NCBI GenBank assembly: GCA_013265495.1
Contig: MU058059.1
Span: 1,959,502 to 2,023,501, forward strand
Length of the DNA: 64,000 nucleotides
Direction: 5' to 3'
DNA from: Vicugna vicugna
Taxonomy: Eukaryota
Positions 26,217 to 39,150 of the stretch are shown piece after piece. The position numbers were made by a program, and so were the translations under genes. The first letter of the stretch is position 1. Each line of letters opens with the position of its first letter. The notes under the pieces are model-generated. The model did no database searches, was not told the origin of the DNA, and saw only the letters and a program-made list of their open reading frames with translations.

Positions 26217-28804
26217 TCACACACACACAAAAGAGAAGAACTCTTCATACACATTACTGCAGTTATCAGTTACTCTAAGAAAGCTTAAAATGTAAGAAGA
26301 GTGCTTAAACCACTCCAGCTGGCCGCAGAGAAGGCTTCACCAAACGCCCAGGTACCCTGGCTTGGAGAGCTGTGGCCCCCGCTCATTACCTGCAGGTTTT
26401 AATTTGTAGTGATCACAGTCAACAATACTGGGTTATGAACTTCAGAGTTGCTAAGAGACTAGGTTGTACTTGTTTCCAGTGCGGAAGAAGGAACGACAAT
26501 TACGTGATGTGACAGAAGTGCGCTAAGTAACGCCACTGCAGTAACCATCCTGCAATATGTAAATGGACCAAACCAGTGCTTTGCACATCTCAGAGCTACA
26601 CAATGCTATTCCCAATTATATCTCAATAAATTAAATTAAATTAAATTGGTACCGAAAAAAGAAACTAGAATAACCCAAACAAACTAACAAGAGGATGGAC
26701 ACACAAAGTTTTGTATATTCACCAAGTGAAATATTGCTCAGAAACAAAAGAAACAAACCACAACAAACCAGAAATAAAAGGCACAAAAAGGACACGAAAA
26801 GAACAAGCTGTGTGATTACATCTGTATGACATGCTATAGCAGGCAAAGCTAATCTAAGTGAAAACTTCAGGATTGTGGTTCCTCTGGCCAGCGGGAGCGG
26901 TGGAGGGGAGCCTGTGGAGAACTGACCGGGATGGGCGCAGGGGAACGTGCCGGGTGATGGACATGTCCCTCCCCACCTTGATAAGGATGCGGCTTACACA
27001 CATGTCTGTATTTATCAAAGCTCATCCGACTCTACCCGTAAAGTGTGCACACTTCGCTGTGTGTAAATTGCATCTCAATAAAAAGGAAAGTGAAAGAAGC
27101 TTTTATGATCTGACTGGATGTGCTATTTTAGCTCCACAAACAGGCCTTCCCTGTGCCACTCTCCCCCGGGCATCCTTCCTCATTCCCAGCTCCCTTCCTC
27201 CAGCTGGTCCTGCATCTGGGTTATTTCTCTGGTGCCCTAAGCTGTCCTTCTTCTGTGTGCTTCCCACTTGCTCAACGTCCACGCCCCCGACACTGCCCAG
27301 CAGAAGCCATGTACTTTACATACCTGTTTCCCCCACTGGACCAGAAGCCCCTGAAGCCGGGCGCAGCCTTACATAACAATTAAAGGTACAGTGAAAATAC
27401 CAATATATATACATACATTCATCTGTTGTATTGCTTCCCTGGATGGAACCACTGTCCTGTTCTTTGAGGAATCCTGAGACCCCAGCCCTCCATAACAGTA
27501 GACGTCATGAATTATTAAATATACACAGTGTTCTAAGATACGATGGAATGGATCAAAAGAGAATTCCTGGCTCTTAGGATCAAAGGGATTAAAAAACTTT
27601 TTTTCTTATGTTAAAAACTTTCTGCTTCTATAGCAGAATAAAGGAAGTTCTGTATAGAGAACAGGTCAGTTGAAGACATTAAAACCACAGGAGGTATTTG
27701 GAGGTAGAGCAGAGGGTTTCATGAGTTGCTCTGTATTTTAATTTGTTACAGATTTCTTTTTAAAGATTAAGATATTAGATGTTACAATTTGAATATATTG
27801 CTAAGTAAAAAGAAAAAAACCTTAACATTAGCATGGATTCCAAAACGTATTTTTCAAAGAAATATTTCTTCAGAAATATTAAAACTTAGCTTTTTTTAGC
27901 TTTACTATAACAGGAAGAAATAATAATTCCAGAACAGACCTCCCTTTCTTTCCATAAATATACAAAAAGCTTTCTTTTCAAGCCAAAACAGTTGGAGAGA
28001 TGAGAAGTATATTTTGACAGAGTCCTGCCAAACTCCCCTCACTCATTTCCCAGAATCATCCCAAGGCCAGTCTAAGACGCCTGCAGAGCAGGAGACACCG
28101 AAACTGCGCGGCCAACACTCCGCCATCCAAAACAGAAAAAGGAAAATGGGGGAAGGTTTGGTAAACTAAGTTGTGCTAACTGGAAAAATGGTTATGCTTG
28201 ATTGTTTGGCAAACCACCACAGATGATCCACAAAGGGTAAAGCTTAAAAATAAATCCCGTTGGGAAACGCAGCTCCACAGACGGCCTCAATTACTTCCAT
28301 TTTCTTCAGCTCCCTGGCCTTTAATGTTGAACAAGTAAGGTGCACTATTGTTTCCCCTCTTGGGCCCATAGCTCTTTGTGTCACCTAAAGACAAAGGTGT
28401 AGCCCCGAAAAGATAAGCTATCTATGGGCGGGGGGTGCAGAGAGACAGCTCTTTTCAGAATTGTGAGGCAGTGGGAGCTCAGAACAGGTCTCCAAGTCTT
28501 CACCCCTCTCCCCCAAGACAGGCTGGGGTTGCCTCACGTTTCCTTCACCTGAGTCTCTGCCAACTTCAGAGACTGGGAGGTGCACAGAGCACAGAGGAAG
28601 ATGCTGTGTGACACTGGGGGCCAGGACACTGGGATGCAACTTCTGCCTTTTTCTGGAACACTTGTGCTGGTGCCCCGAACTGCCCTATAGGCAGTCTGCC
28701 TTAAGGCTGCCATGGTGTGAGGAAGCCACGAGCCCGCATGCAGAGTCCACACAGAGAAGTCCCAAGACCACACAAAGGGACAGCCTTGGCCAGCCTCCGG
28801 TTGC

Positions 28805-29178
28805 CCAGCACCCACTTCCCAGGTGTCCAGACCCCCTCCCCCAGCTGCCCAGACCTCCCTCCCCAGCTGCCCAGACCCCCCTCCCCAGCTGCCCAGACCC
28901 CCTTTCNNNNNNNNNNNNNNNNNNNNNNNNNNNNNNNNNNNNNNNNNNNNNNNNNNNNNNNNNNNNNNNNNNNNNNNNNNNNNNNNNNNNNNNNNNNNNN
29001 NNNNNNNNNNNNNNNNNNNNNNNNNNNNNNNNNNNNNNNNNNNNNNNNNNNNNNNNNNNNNNNNNNNNNNNNNNNNNNNNNNNNNNNNNNNNNNNNNNNN
29101 NNCCCCCTTTCCCCAGCTGCCCAGACCCCCCTCCCCAGCTGCCCAGACGCCCCCAGCTGCCCAGACCCCCTCCCCTGC
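28805..29178. repeat. About 21-22 bp C-rich minisatellite (ccccagctgcccagaccccct) with an internal assembly gap
   Basis: Repeat units on both sides of 196 Ns (28907-29102). Confidence 0.9.
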
Positions 29179-32100
29179 TGCTCCACTGCATGGAATGATT
29201 GAATAAACAGAATGTCATTTTGATTTTAAAAAACACGAACTCTGGGAATAGAAGCTACCACCAGAACATCCAGAAAGATGCAGCCTGAGACACACCCACT
29301 CACACTCAAGTCCCCTTCCTGAAATCTTGCCCCACAGAAACAAACCCAGAGGGATGTATGAAATGAATGCTGTCTTCAGCCCTAAAGTTTTGCAGTGATT
29401 TCTTACACAGCAACAGACACCTGGGAGAGAAGCTGTGTAGGAGAAAACCAGATGAGATAATAAAAACGTGAAAACAAGAGACAGACCTCTGAGAACAGCA
29501 GCTTCCGGGAGAACAGGACAACAAAGACAAAAACACTGGGATGTCTGGAGGACGAGGATTTCCTCGTGTGGCTTACTTCCACATCATAATGAAGAGCCTG
29601 AGATCTCTTCCAATCTGTTTGCCTTGCCAAAGAAGTTCAAGAAAACTTACTATCTGAAGTTGACTGAGGCCAGCGTGAAGTAATAGAAAATCGAAATAAA
29701 ATCACCTTGAATAAACACAAGCACACAGTAACGGTAATTTCTACCAGGGTTTCCAGGAAGAATGTCTGCTGGACCTCTTTTGACAAACAGCCAAGACTCA
29801 CTTGTAATGAGACGCTCCAATTTACATGCAACTCTTGTTCTCAAACTCTCCCAAGATTTTCTGCCTTCAGCATGCGAAATTTGTCTGTTCTTTTCTTGTT
29901 TACCCTGACAAGGTGCTTAGCAAACACTTTACATTTGGATAATACAACAATAAACCTCAATCCAGCTCAGGCCAATTTTTCAGAAATTTTTTTGGGGAAA
30001 AAAACAACAGCAAATTAACGTCCAAATTAATGAGGTTTTATAAAGCCCAGCAAACAAGCAGCTCTTGTCTAAAAGTTTGCATCAAACAAAGGCCCTTCTG
30101 TGATTCTGTTCCCACAACAAAGTGCTACTTCCTAATTAAACCTACACAGAGTATAGAAAGCACACGGCTTCAAAAAGCAGCCTTTGCTGTCAGCGCCATA
30201 GGAAACGTTTCCCTTTTCATGAAACATGTTTTGTCTCCTAAAGGAGCATTACACATTTTCACCCACAAATCTAACCCCTCCCGGTGAAAATTTTGCCCAG
30301 GTTTAAACATTTTTTAAAGGAGACTACAAAGCACTGATTCATTTTCCTGCTTCTTGGCCAAAAAACATGCGTCAGGGAGCCCCCCAATCTACCAGGAAAG
30401 CAGCATTGCTACTCCGCCCCGTCGCCAGGGGAGATGCCCCCTTGAGAGGCAAAGAGAACAGGGATTTGGGAAGAACCCAAACACTCCCAGGTCAGGAGGA
30501 AATTGTAAGAGCTCCTGCCAGTCTCCCTGCAGAGTCCAAACAGAAAGGGAGGCAGTGATGGGAGACCAGGGACAAATGGGGTGAGACAGTGTGGACAGCG
30601 TGGAAGGGACCAGAAGCCCTGCGTCCAGCCCCAGAGGCAGCACGTACAGCCGCGTGGCTCTGGATGAGCCTTTGAACTGCTCTGGGCTGCGACTTCTCTC
30701 CTCCAAAGGAGGCCGTCTCTGCTCCAGGACTGCTGTGGATGAGGCCGTACGGATGAGGAAGAAATGCTGTCGCAGCTACAGCCTACACCTGCTGGGTGCC
30801 TACACACCTACACAGGCACAGTGTGTGCACGTACAGTGTCCGGGCTGTGTGTTCACGTACGTGCCGCAGAGGTTACATGCTGTTTATGTTCTACACACCG
30901 AACTACTAAATTTGGTGTAATCTAAACTCTATAACGCTCAGTTCTATGTAGTATATACATGGCAACGTAGTATATAATCTACATAACCTATACATCACAC
31001 ATAGATCCCTATGCATACACACTGTTTCTATGAACATATGTGCAGATTCCTATACGCAACAGGCAGTCAACATTTCTCTTTAAAGAGACATTCAAAACTA
31101 ACCAGAAATTTGCAATATGAACCTTCAAAATGATGTGTGCCCCCTGCCCTCCTTCAATGGCACACAGTCCTTTTTCATTGAAAGCACCAGTTACCACCCA
31201 TAACAGAGAAACCACCACAATGTCGGGCACGGGGACCGCTATCCACATGATGGGTAAGCCGTGTAGCAGGATATTAATGCAACTGTAAAAATTATGAATG
31301 ACGATTTTAGTTCTCTTGGGAAATGCTCATGCTAAGAGTTCAGTAAAGTGCTGGGACAGAAACACACTTGTTACAAACCTCAGCTGGAGGGGTGCTGCCG
31401 TGCGCGGAGGCAGACAGAGCCCAGGCTCCCAAAGCTCGGTGAGTCCTACCCTGGAAGTACTCCAACTATGGCTCAGCTATGTTATTTGTCAAAAAGAAAT
31501 GATACAGAACCAAACGCACAGTGTGATTCTGCGGGTTCCCCGAGCTAGTCTAGAGCAAGAGCTTCATACGACACCTCGCCCAAGGGAAGCGTGCAGTAAA
31601 ATGACAGCACTGTGGCTGCATTATTAACCGAAATACACAGAAATGCACCTGAAGGTTTGAAAGTAAGTATGTTGATGTTATTGGTGGTCGTCTCAGAGTG
31701 AGGGGCTTTGAAGTTTCTCCGTCTCTTCACACTCACCTGTACCTGCCGATTTTTCTACAATGAGCCCATATTACTTGCCTAGTTAGAAAAACTAGTATTA
31801 CTGACTTCGGAATTTATTTTCTAGAAACCTGCATAATTGCAATTCTTTGCTAACCCTATTAGCTAACTCCAAGTAGATTCTATCAAGGTCTTGTTTAATG
31901 TCTCCCTCGCTGACATCTGCAGGTCGGCGGGACCTTGATGTCATGTGTGGATCACCCCAACATGAGAGATGGAAAGGAAACTCACATTTACTCAGGAGGA
32001 GTTTGTCGGCGGCTCAACGAGGAACCTTCCTTCATTCTTAATGCTGTCACGTTCTGCTTCCTTAGTTGTCAGAACTAGCCAACCACACTTGCCACATCTC

Positions 32101-32404
32101 TGCCATGCCCCATGACCAAAAGCAACAATAAATCAACCTATACAGAAATAAACAGAACTGCTCCCACATTTCCTCCACCGCTGTCCTTCTTAAAGTCACA
32201 CTGCCAGTGTCACCTACTAGCCTCTCAGCTGACATCCCAGGACTCCTAGTCTGTCGATGTATCAGAAGGCAGTCCGTGGTTTCACTGTGAGGACTCTGAA
32301 TTTGGCATTTTCATCTCAGAGTTAATCCAGAAACTTAACGTAAGCATCTTCAGGGTCTGGTTCATCACCATATAACAAAATTCTGACCCAGGATCTCAAG
32401 GCTG

Positions 32405-32942
32405 TGTATCTGCGTTGATGTCACCGCCCTGGCATGAATGACCACCTGCTGAGAAGACAGTATTTGTGCAAGTTACAAAGTAACTGCAAATCCATCTGGC
32501 TACACTCTGCTTCTTGGGGTTCAAAAGCACTAGCAGGAGGCTGGGAGGCTGGAGGAAGGAGGTAGGGAGGCTGGAGAAGGGAGGTGGAGGAGGGAGGCAG
32601 GGAGGCTGGAGGAGGGAGGTGGGATTGCTTCCCTCTATCTACCTGCTGTACCAGTCAGTGCCCTTCTCCTAGCAGCTGCTGACCCAGTCTCTGGCTTTCC
32701 AGAACTCCTAAAATGAGCCTCCTCACCCCCACTCAGAGATGGGGCACCCTCTTCCAAGCCTCTAGCTGTGGGTAACCCCAGTGGCCTCCCTTGGTTTCTC
32801 CTCAGTGGTTACCACTTTGAGTTAGGCTAAGTACTCTCTTTTCCAGTTCTCTAACTCTGCTTAACCAGTTCCCTATGCTAGGTATGTCCCTTTAAGTGCC
32901 TGGCGTGGTTTCCGTTTTCCTGACTGGACCCTGGCTGATACA
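32405..32942. mobile_element. Old ERVL-class solo LTR (LTR33/LTR41-like)
   Basis: TG...CA termini; right end ttcctgactggaccctggctgataca is typical of this class. Confidence 0.45.
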
Positions 32943-32969
32943 AAACAGTGTATTTCACAATATATGGAT

Positions 32970-33720
32970 CTTTTAAATTGTGGTAAAATATACAGAACAT
33001 AAAAATGGTCATTTCAGCCATTCTAAGTGCACGATTCGGTGACATTAAGTAGATTTCACAGTGTGTGCCACCATCCCCACCACCCGCCTGCCCAACCTCT
33101 TCATCCTCCTCGCCTGAAATCTGCGCTCACTGGACACTGGCTCACGCCCTGCTCTGCCCAGCCCCGGCCCCCAGCGCCCTGCTTGTTGTCTCTATAGACA
33201 CGACTACCCCAGGTACTTCACATGAGAGGAATTACACAGTACTTGTGCTTTGTGCCCAGCTCATTTCACTCAGCATGTTTTCAAGGTCCATCCATGTCAC
33301 AGCAGATACCACAGCTCACTTCCTTTTTAAGGCTGAATAATCCATTCTATGTACAGACCGCATTTTGTCTATTCACTGCTGATGGACAACTGGGCTGCTT
33401 CCACCCTTCAGCTATTGTGAACAAGGCTGCTATAAACATGGGTATGCAAACACCTTTTGGAATCTCTCTTTCAGCTCCTTTGGGTTCATACCTAGAAGTG
33501 GAATTGCTGGAGCATATGGAAATTCTATGTTTAACTTTTTGAGGAACTATCACACTGTTTTCCACAGTACTGCGCCATTTTACCCTCCCAGCCAGCAATG
33601 CACACGGGTTCCAATTTCTCCACACCCTCACCAACCCTGATTTCCCATTTTTTGGTAATAGCCATGTTAACGGGTTGCAGTGGTATCTCACAGCGGATTT
33701 TCATTTCTCTAAGGATGAAA
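32970..33720 (-). mobile_element. Old L1M (L1MA/MB-type) 3' region
   Basis: aattgtggtaaaatatacag...cagcatgttttcaaggtccatccatg...gttccaatttctccacaccctcaccaac. Confidence 0.8.
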
Positions 33721-34083
33721 GATGTGTCTTTCGCTTAAAGTCTGAAAGCTGAGGGTTGCAAATGGAAATCCTTGAGCTCTTCAAATGAGAAAAGCTACCA
33801 TAGGAAGACATTTTAATATATTTAATAAAATGTTTATAGCTCAATATAATTAACAACTAGAAGACTGTTGACAATCAAAATTCAAGATCTATCAAATGTG
33901 TATGCTCACTCTCTCAGAATGATTTCTTTCAAACTTTAAGTTATCACAAGAGATCCCTGGCTCGTGTCAGTGGTATAACAAAAAGAACAAACTCTTAAGT
34001 TACTTGGTAGTGAGCAATAGTTTATGACTGGACATTATCCACTCTACCCATGTATGTGTTAGTTTTACATTTGCTTTATTTTT

Positions 34084-34190
34084 TAATGTTATTTTATTAT
34101 TTTTTTTTTAGTGGAGGTACTGGGGATTGAACCCAGGACCTTATACCTAATAAGCATGCACTCTACCACTGAACTATAACCTCCCCCTCA
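34084..34190 (-). mobile_element. Vic-1-type tRNA-derived SINE
   Basis: Reverse-complement A/B boxes (ggattgaacccagg...ctctaccactgaactata); TSD ac(a/g)tttgctttattttt at 34067-34083 and 34191-34207. Confidence 0.85.
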
Positions 34191-35600
34191 ACGTTTGCTT
34201 TATTTTTCTTAAAACAAAAACACCACACTCATTTAATTCCCAAAGATTTTTTTTTGCATAAGACATTGCTAAATATTTAACAGTATAAATTCTAAAATAT
34301 TGTGAATCAATGCAAGAAATGAATAGTAGGCATTCTTTTAAAAAAGTAAAGAAAGAAATCTAATCACTCCTCTTGTAACCTGTTACTAAAGCAAACACTC
34401 TGTAGTTAAATCTTCTTGCAAACCACCCAACATTTGTGGACTTTCTGATAACACCACTTTTATCTTTTCTTTAGTTTCTGTCTCAGGTAACCAAACATTA
34501 TACCTAGAGGCTAAAAATGCCATAATTTCAACCGTTGTCATCAGCTAGAGAATCAGGAATGGGATCAATGTCTTGAGCATTAGCCAACCCAGAACAAAGC
34601 TGACCGTTTGGTCACAAAACCTCAGCAGCTGCCTTATTTATTAAGTCACACGGATGCATTTAGGCTATGAAGTTGTGATGGTTCCTGACGACATTAGGGG
34701 CTGTCTGATTTTACTTTAGAAATCTGGATTTCAGACTGTTCACTTCCACAGGAGTCAATGGGCAATTAGTTGACTGTCATCTTTTAATCAGGCTGTGAAC
34801 CAAAAAGAGGAGGGGGATGTGAAAATAAAGCAGAGATTCCCACTGCAGTTACTCACTTGGTCCCTGCACTCTGCTGATGTCTGGGGGCCAGACAAGCCTC
34901 CATAAATGTCAACAGGGAAATGAAAGGGAGGAGGAAGCAGTCAGCCGCGGTCCCTGCCCTCGTAGGGTAGATCATCTAGAAATCAACCAGCAGCTGCTGA
35001 GTGGCTGGCCCGACAGGGAAACATGCAAGCTCTGATGACAGAAAGAAGTCATCAGAAGGTGTAACCACACTGCAGATCTGAGTGTCAGTGAGATCCCGGA
35101 AACGGATGAGATATGGGAGGAAAGGGAGACAGCCTGTGGTCAGTATCTATGCAGGATTCAAGTACAGCCTCACTCCAAGTGGGACAACCAGCTCTGGGTG
35201 CAAGAGAAGTAGCTGGGATCACCAACGGTGTGCTCTGGCCAAAAATGTTTAACTGGAATTTAATCAAGTCTTTAGAGCTGAATTTGGTTCATAGAAAGAG
35301 AGGGCATAAAGGAACGTGTACACAGAACCATGATGAAACCATCCGACCATCCATCTGATGGGTGATCCAACACAGCTTCTAGGAACATCAGACCACACGG
35401 AAACAATGCCACTCATCTTCCCAGCGACACCTGGGCACGATGAACGTGACGAGAAGTGACACCCTGGACAGCTTCTACCGGTGGAAAAGCAGTGAGACCA
35501 GAATGTACATATGTTAAGAAACAAGCAGACTTTCCCAAAGCTCATCAGACTACAACTCAGCAACCCACAGACCCTCCTCAACGGTCCCGGCCTGACTCAC

Positions 35601-35713
35601 CTGTCTCAAGTCCAGCGTGATGGTGACCCAGTGGTATTCTCTCCCGTTCTGAATACTGGGACTTTGCCACCAGTTATTGGTGCCATCGATGGCATTTGAT
35701 ATTGGATGACGTT
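35601..35713 (-). CDS. LAMA1: LAMA1 exon 3 (ERHPISNAIDGTNNWWQSPSIQNGREYHWVTITLDLRQ)
   Basis: Acceptor ttttctttcaacag, donor CAG|GTGAGT; 113 nt; WWQS motif of the LN domain. Confidence 0.97.
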
Positions 35714-35913
35714 CTGTTGAAAGAAAACAAAAACATGCACTCCTTTCAGCTTCCAGCTTGAGTTTTTTAACTTTGAAACTGTAACTGTAGTGGGAATGAA
35801 CTGCGGTGGAGAACACACGTGTTCCTGGCTTCCTAACCAAAGTCTCCAGGAATCATTTCCAAAGTTGTACATTCCCACGGGTGCTGCAGAATTGGGGGTG
35901 GGGTGCCACTTGC

Positions 35914-36084
35914 CTTTGGGGTTGGCGCTGTGGCTGTCGCAGACTCGGCACTGGGCATTGCGCATAGCCCGCCCGGGCACGTGCTCCACCAGCTTGCAGA
36001 ATGTCTCCGGCCCCTTCTCCCCGCAGGTCGCATTGGTGCTGATGAGAGCATTGCTGGCGAGGTTGAGAATGGCAGGAAACAGGC
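35914..36084 (-). CDS. LAMA1: LAMA1 exon 2 (start of LN domain, GLFPAILNLASNALISTNATCGEKGPETFCKLVEHVPG...SANPK)
   Basis: Acceptor ttttgactttcag; 171 nt; ends at a non-canonical donor AAG|GCAAGT; typical laminin alpha N-terminal sequence. Confidence 0.95.
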
Positions 36085-36175
36085 CTGAAAGTCAAAAGTC
36101 ACCAGATCAACTCAGCCACTTGAAATCAAAAGGTCAGATTACTTCAGCTCACTTCAGAAGTGGACCAGAAAGAGA

Positions 36176-36455
36176 TGACAACCTTACGGTTACCAAAGGG
36201 AAAGGTGGGGAGGGATAAATTAGGAGTTTGGGATTGCCAGATACACACTACTACATCCAAAAGGGAAACAACAAGTTTCTTTTGTATAGCACAGGGAACT
36301 ATATTCAATATCTTGTAATAACCTATAATGGAAAAGAATCTAGAAAAGAATATATATTATATATACATACACATATATATATGTAACTGAATCAGTTTCC
36401 TTTTCAGCTGAAACATTGTAAATCAACTATACTTCAGTTTGAAAAAAGAAAAAGA
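36176..36455 (+). mobile_element. 5'-truncated L1 3' UTR about 90 nt upstream of the exon 2 acceptor
   Basis: Same 3' UTR family (ggttaccaaagggaaagg...tagcacagggaactatattc); flanked by agaaagagatg direct repeats. Confidence 0.8.
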
Positions 36456-38929
36456 AAGAGATGCTAAGTCTATGTGTGGAGTGAAGGAAGCCCTACAGGA
36501 AAGCAATATATAAGGCAGTTTCATTTACATGAAATTCTAGGACAAGCAAATTCATCTATGGGAGAAACTCTGAACAGTGGTTGCAGAAGGTGGGGGCTGA
36601 CTGTGAAAAGATGCGAGGGAACTTGCTGGGGTTGGACTACGTTCTATATCCTGATAAAGGTTTGGATTGCACAGGTGTGAAAAATCACAAAATGCGTAAG
36701 GTCGGGGTAGATCTGTGTATTCCACTGTATGTTGATTATACCTCAAAAATCAAAAAAAGAGAGTTTATAAAAATACTGATGTAAATGCTGAACAGTTTAG
36801 GAGTGAGGTGTACTTATCTTAAACTCATTTTGAAATCCATGAGAAACAAGCTGTATTGATGGGCAGAGACGGGACAGGTGAGGAAGACAGAAGAGGATGT
36901 GCTCACTGCAAGATCTAGGTGAGAGCACAGATGTTCACTGTACAGTTCTTTTTCACATTTCTGATTGTAAATTTCATGTTGGGAAAAGAGATTTTTAAGA
37001 CAAGTTTCAAATGATCCAAAGCACATATTTGCCAGCGAAACACAAGCACGTTTCACTTAGGACCCCGTCCTGCGCCCGGGTGCCTCCGTTCGCACTTACT
37101 GCGTCTTTTCTAGGACTTCCCTCTCTTCACTTCCTTTACTGCCTGTTTTCTTTGCTGAGCAAAACTTTACAACGTAAAGATCCAGTTTTCAAAAGTCTCT
37201 TCAACTCAGTATTAATCTCTGCTTTTCTATAGTCTGTTTGTCTCCAGTGATTTTTATCTTTAAGCAGCTGGTGCAAACTGTTCAGAAAACAACCTTTGGA
37301 TGACTGTGAGAAAAACAACCCCATTAGGTTCTTTACAGATTTGACTTTATCTTGGTAAAAGAGGATAATAGCATTGAAGATTCTACAAAGTTCTGGAAAG
37401 GATGGTGTACATGATGTAAAAGGGGCATTCTGCATGAATGGACATTGTGAATTGAGGGAGTATTCAGAGGAGGGGGTCTCAGCCAAGCGCGGCTCCTCCA
37501 ATTCACCAGAACTTGACTCAAAGATCACAGAAGATAAACTTTTCTTCATAAAGAATATAGCATCAGTATTATTTCTGAAACATTTCTTTTCCAGTGAAAG
37601 GTGAAAAAGCACAATATAACTTTAGTCATCTACAAGGAATTCATGACTTTAATTTTTATATTTTAGGTACTACTTAATATTTTCATTATGCATACTTTAA
37701 TTATATTTTTCTATTAAAATATCTATCCAATTCTATTTTTCTATCTTTTCTATTAAATATATTTTAATACTTTATGTTATAAGGTAAAGTTGTTATTTTT
37801 GTAAGAGTTGCTGCATTTAAAAAAACTCACCAAGCATCTGTTAAAAAAAATAACTTATTAGGTAGTCTTCCAAAGACTTTCCACATACACCAGCTACCTC
37901 TTAGTGGTTCTATCCTGGGAGAATGACTCTATTCAAATCAATACACCCTCAGCCTCTGAGTAGAAACCAGTTATTGAGCATCGTATTCTTAGAGCATTAC
38001 TCCTAATTTTAAAGCATGACACAGACATACATTATGTACTGGGTTTAACATATTACCCATTCTTCATTTTTAACCTAAAGTTGGTCATTTTTATGATATT
38101 CTTTTAAAGAGATTTCTGCTTTTATTTAAGAGGTTTTATGAAGAAACAGATGCATCTTTAAGTCTGCCACCCCCCGAAATTACTCTTTTTATCAACCAGA
38201 AGTCAGACACTTACACTTTATGTCATGATCTAGTTCCTAAAGTGATGTGCAGTTCTCGAGGCGCAGGACCTGATATTCATTCTGTTTGGTACTGGGGTAA
38301 ATATTAAATTCTTCCCTCCTTTATGATCATAATATTCTAGCAACCTGGTTCTAATGTACCTTATGAGCTAATAATTTAGAACCCGATGTGGTTTTAAACC
38401 GTGGTGTGATATCCAGATAGCTGAAATGGCGTTTTCCTGGCTCTGTACCATGTACATGCATTTAGAGCTGCAGTACAATCAACTTGACCCCTTGCCTCCT
38501 TGCAGACTAGCCAAGCGAGGAGAAGAAAAGGGGTCACAGGAACTAATTTAACAATGCGTTTCTCTATCAACAAATACTTTACCAGTTAACTTAAAAATGT
38601 TCCCACCGTCTCTTTTCTCTCTCCCTCCAGTTGCTGGGCATCAAGAGAACTGCCCACTTCCTGCCCAGGGCTCCCCCCACCTCGACCTGCAAGGGACTTG
38701 AGTCCTGGGGGAAGTGGGGGGTCGAGGGGGCGGGGGTCAGGGGGGCATCTGCCTCTGCACTCAGGAGCCTCCGCTCTGAGTCACAGAGAAGAAAGTAGTT
38801 CAAACCTTGTGAACATCAATATAACAATAATATCTCAATTGCAGAAATCAGCACAGGCAGTTCTTACACTAGATGGGTTTTAAAGAACTTCTGTACTTCC
38901 TGATTTTGCTGGTATTCTAAAGACATTAT

Positions 38930-39150
38930 TATATATGCAAAAATATGTATATATAAATGTGTATATTTTGTGTATATATGTATATTCTTTTTCATTATAG
39001 GCTATTACAAGGTATTGAATACAGTTCCCTGTGCTGTACAGTAGGACCTTGTTGTTTATCTATTTTATATGTAGTAGTTAGTATCCGCAAATCCCTAACT
39101 CCCAATTTATCTCTTTCTCCTTCTTTCCCCTCGGTAAACACAGGTTTCTT
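38930..39150 (-). mobile_element. L1 3' UTR fragment
   Basis: attgaatacagttccctgtgctgtacagtagg...; flanked by aaagacatt repeats. Confidence 0.7.

Noticed and set aside
28608..29236. Long ORFs in several frames; possible CRISPR-like array
   Set aside because: The ORFs run through the N gap and minisatellite. The repeats are contiguous with no unique spacers, and the context is eukaryotic.
37136..37612. 158-aa minus-strand ORF in intron 1
   Set aside because: No recognisable homology, no poly(A) tail or TSD suggesting a retrocopy, and it starts at a GTG. A BLASTP/tBLASTn search would settle it.
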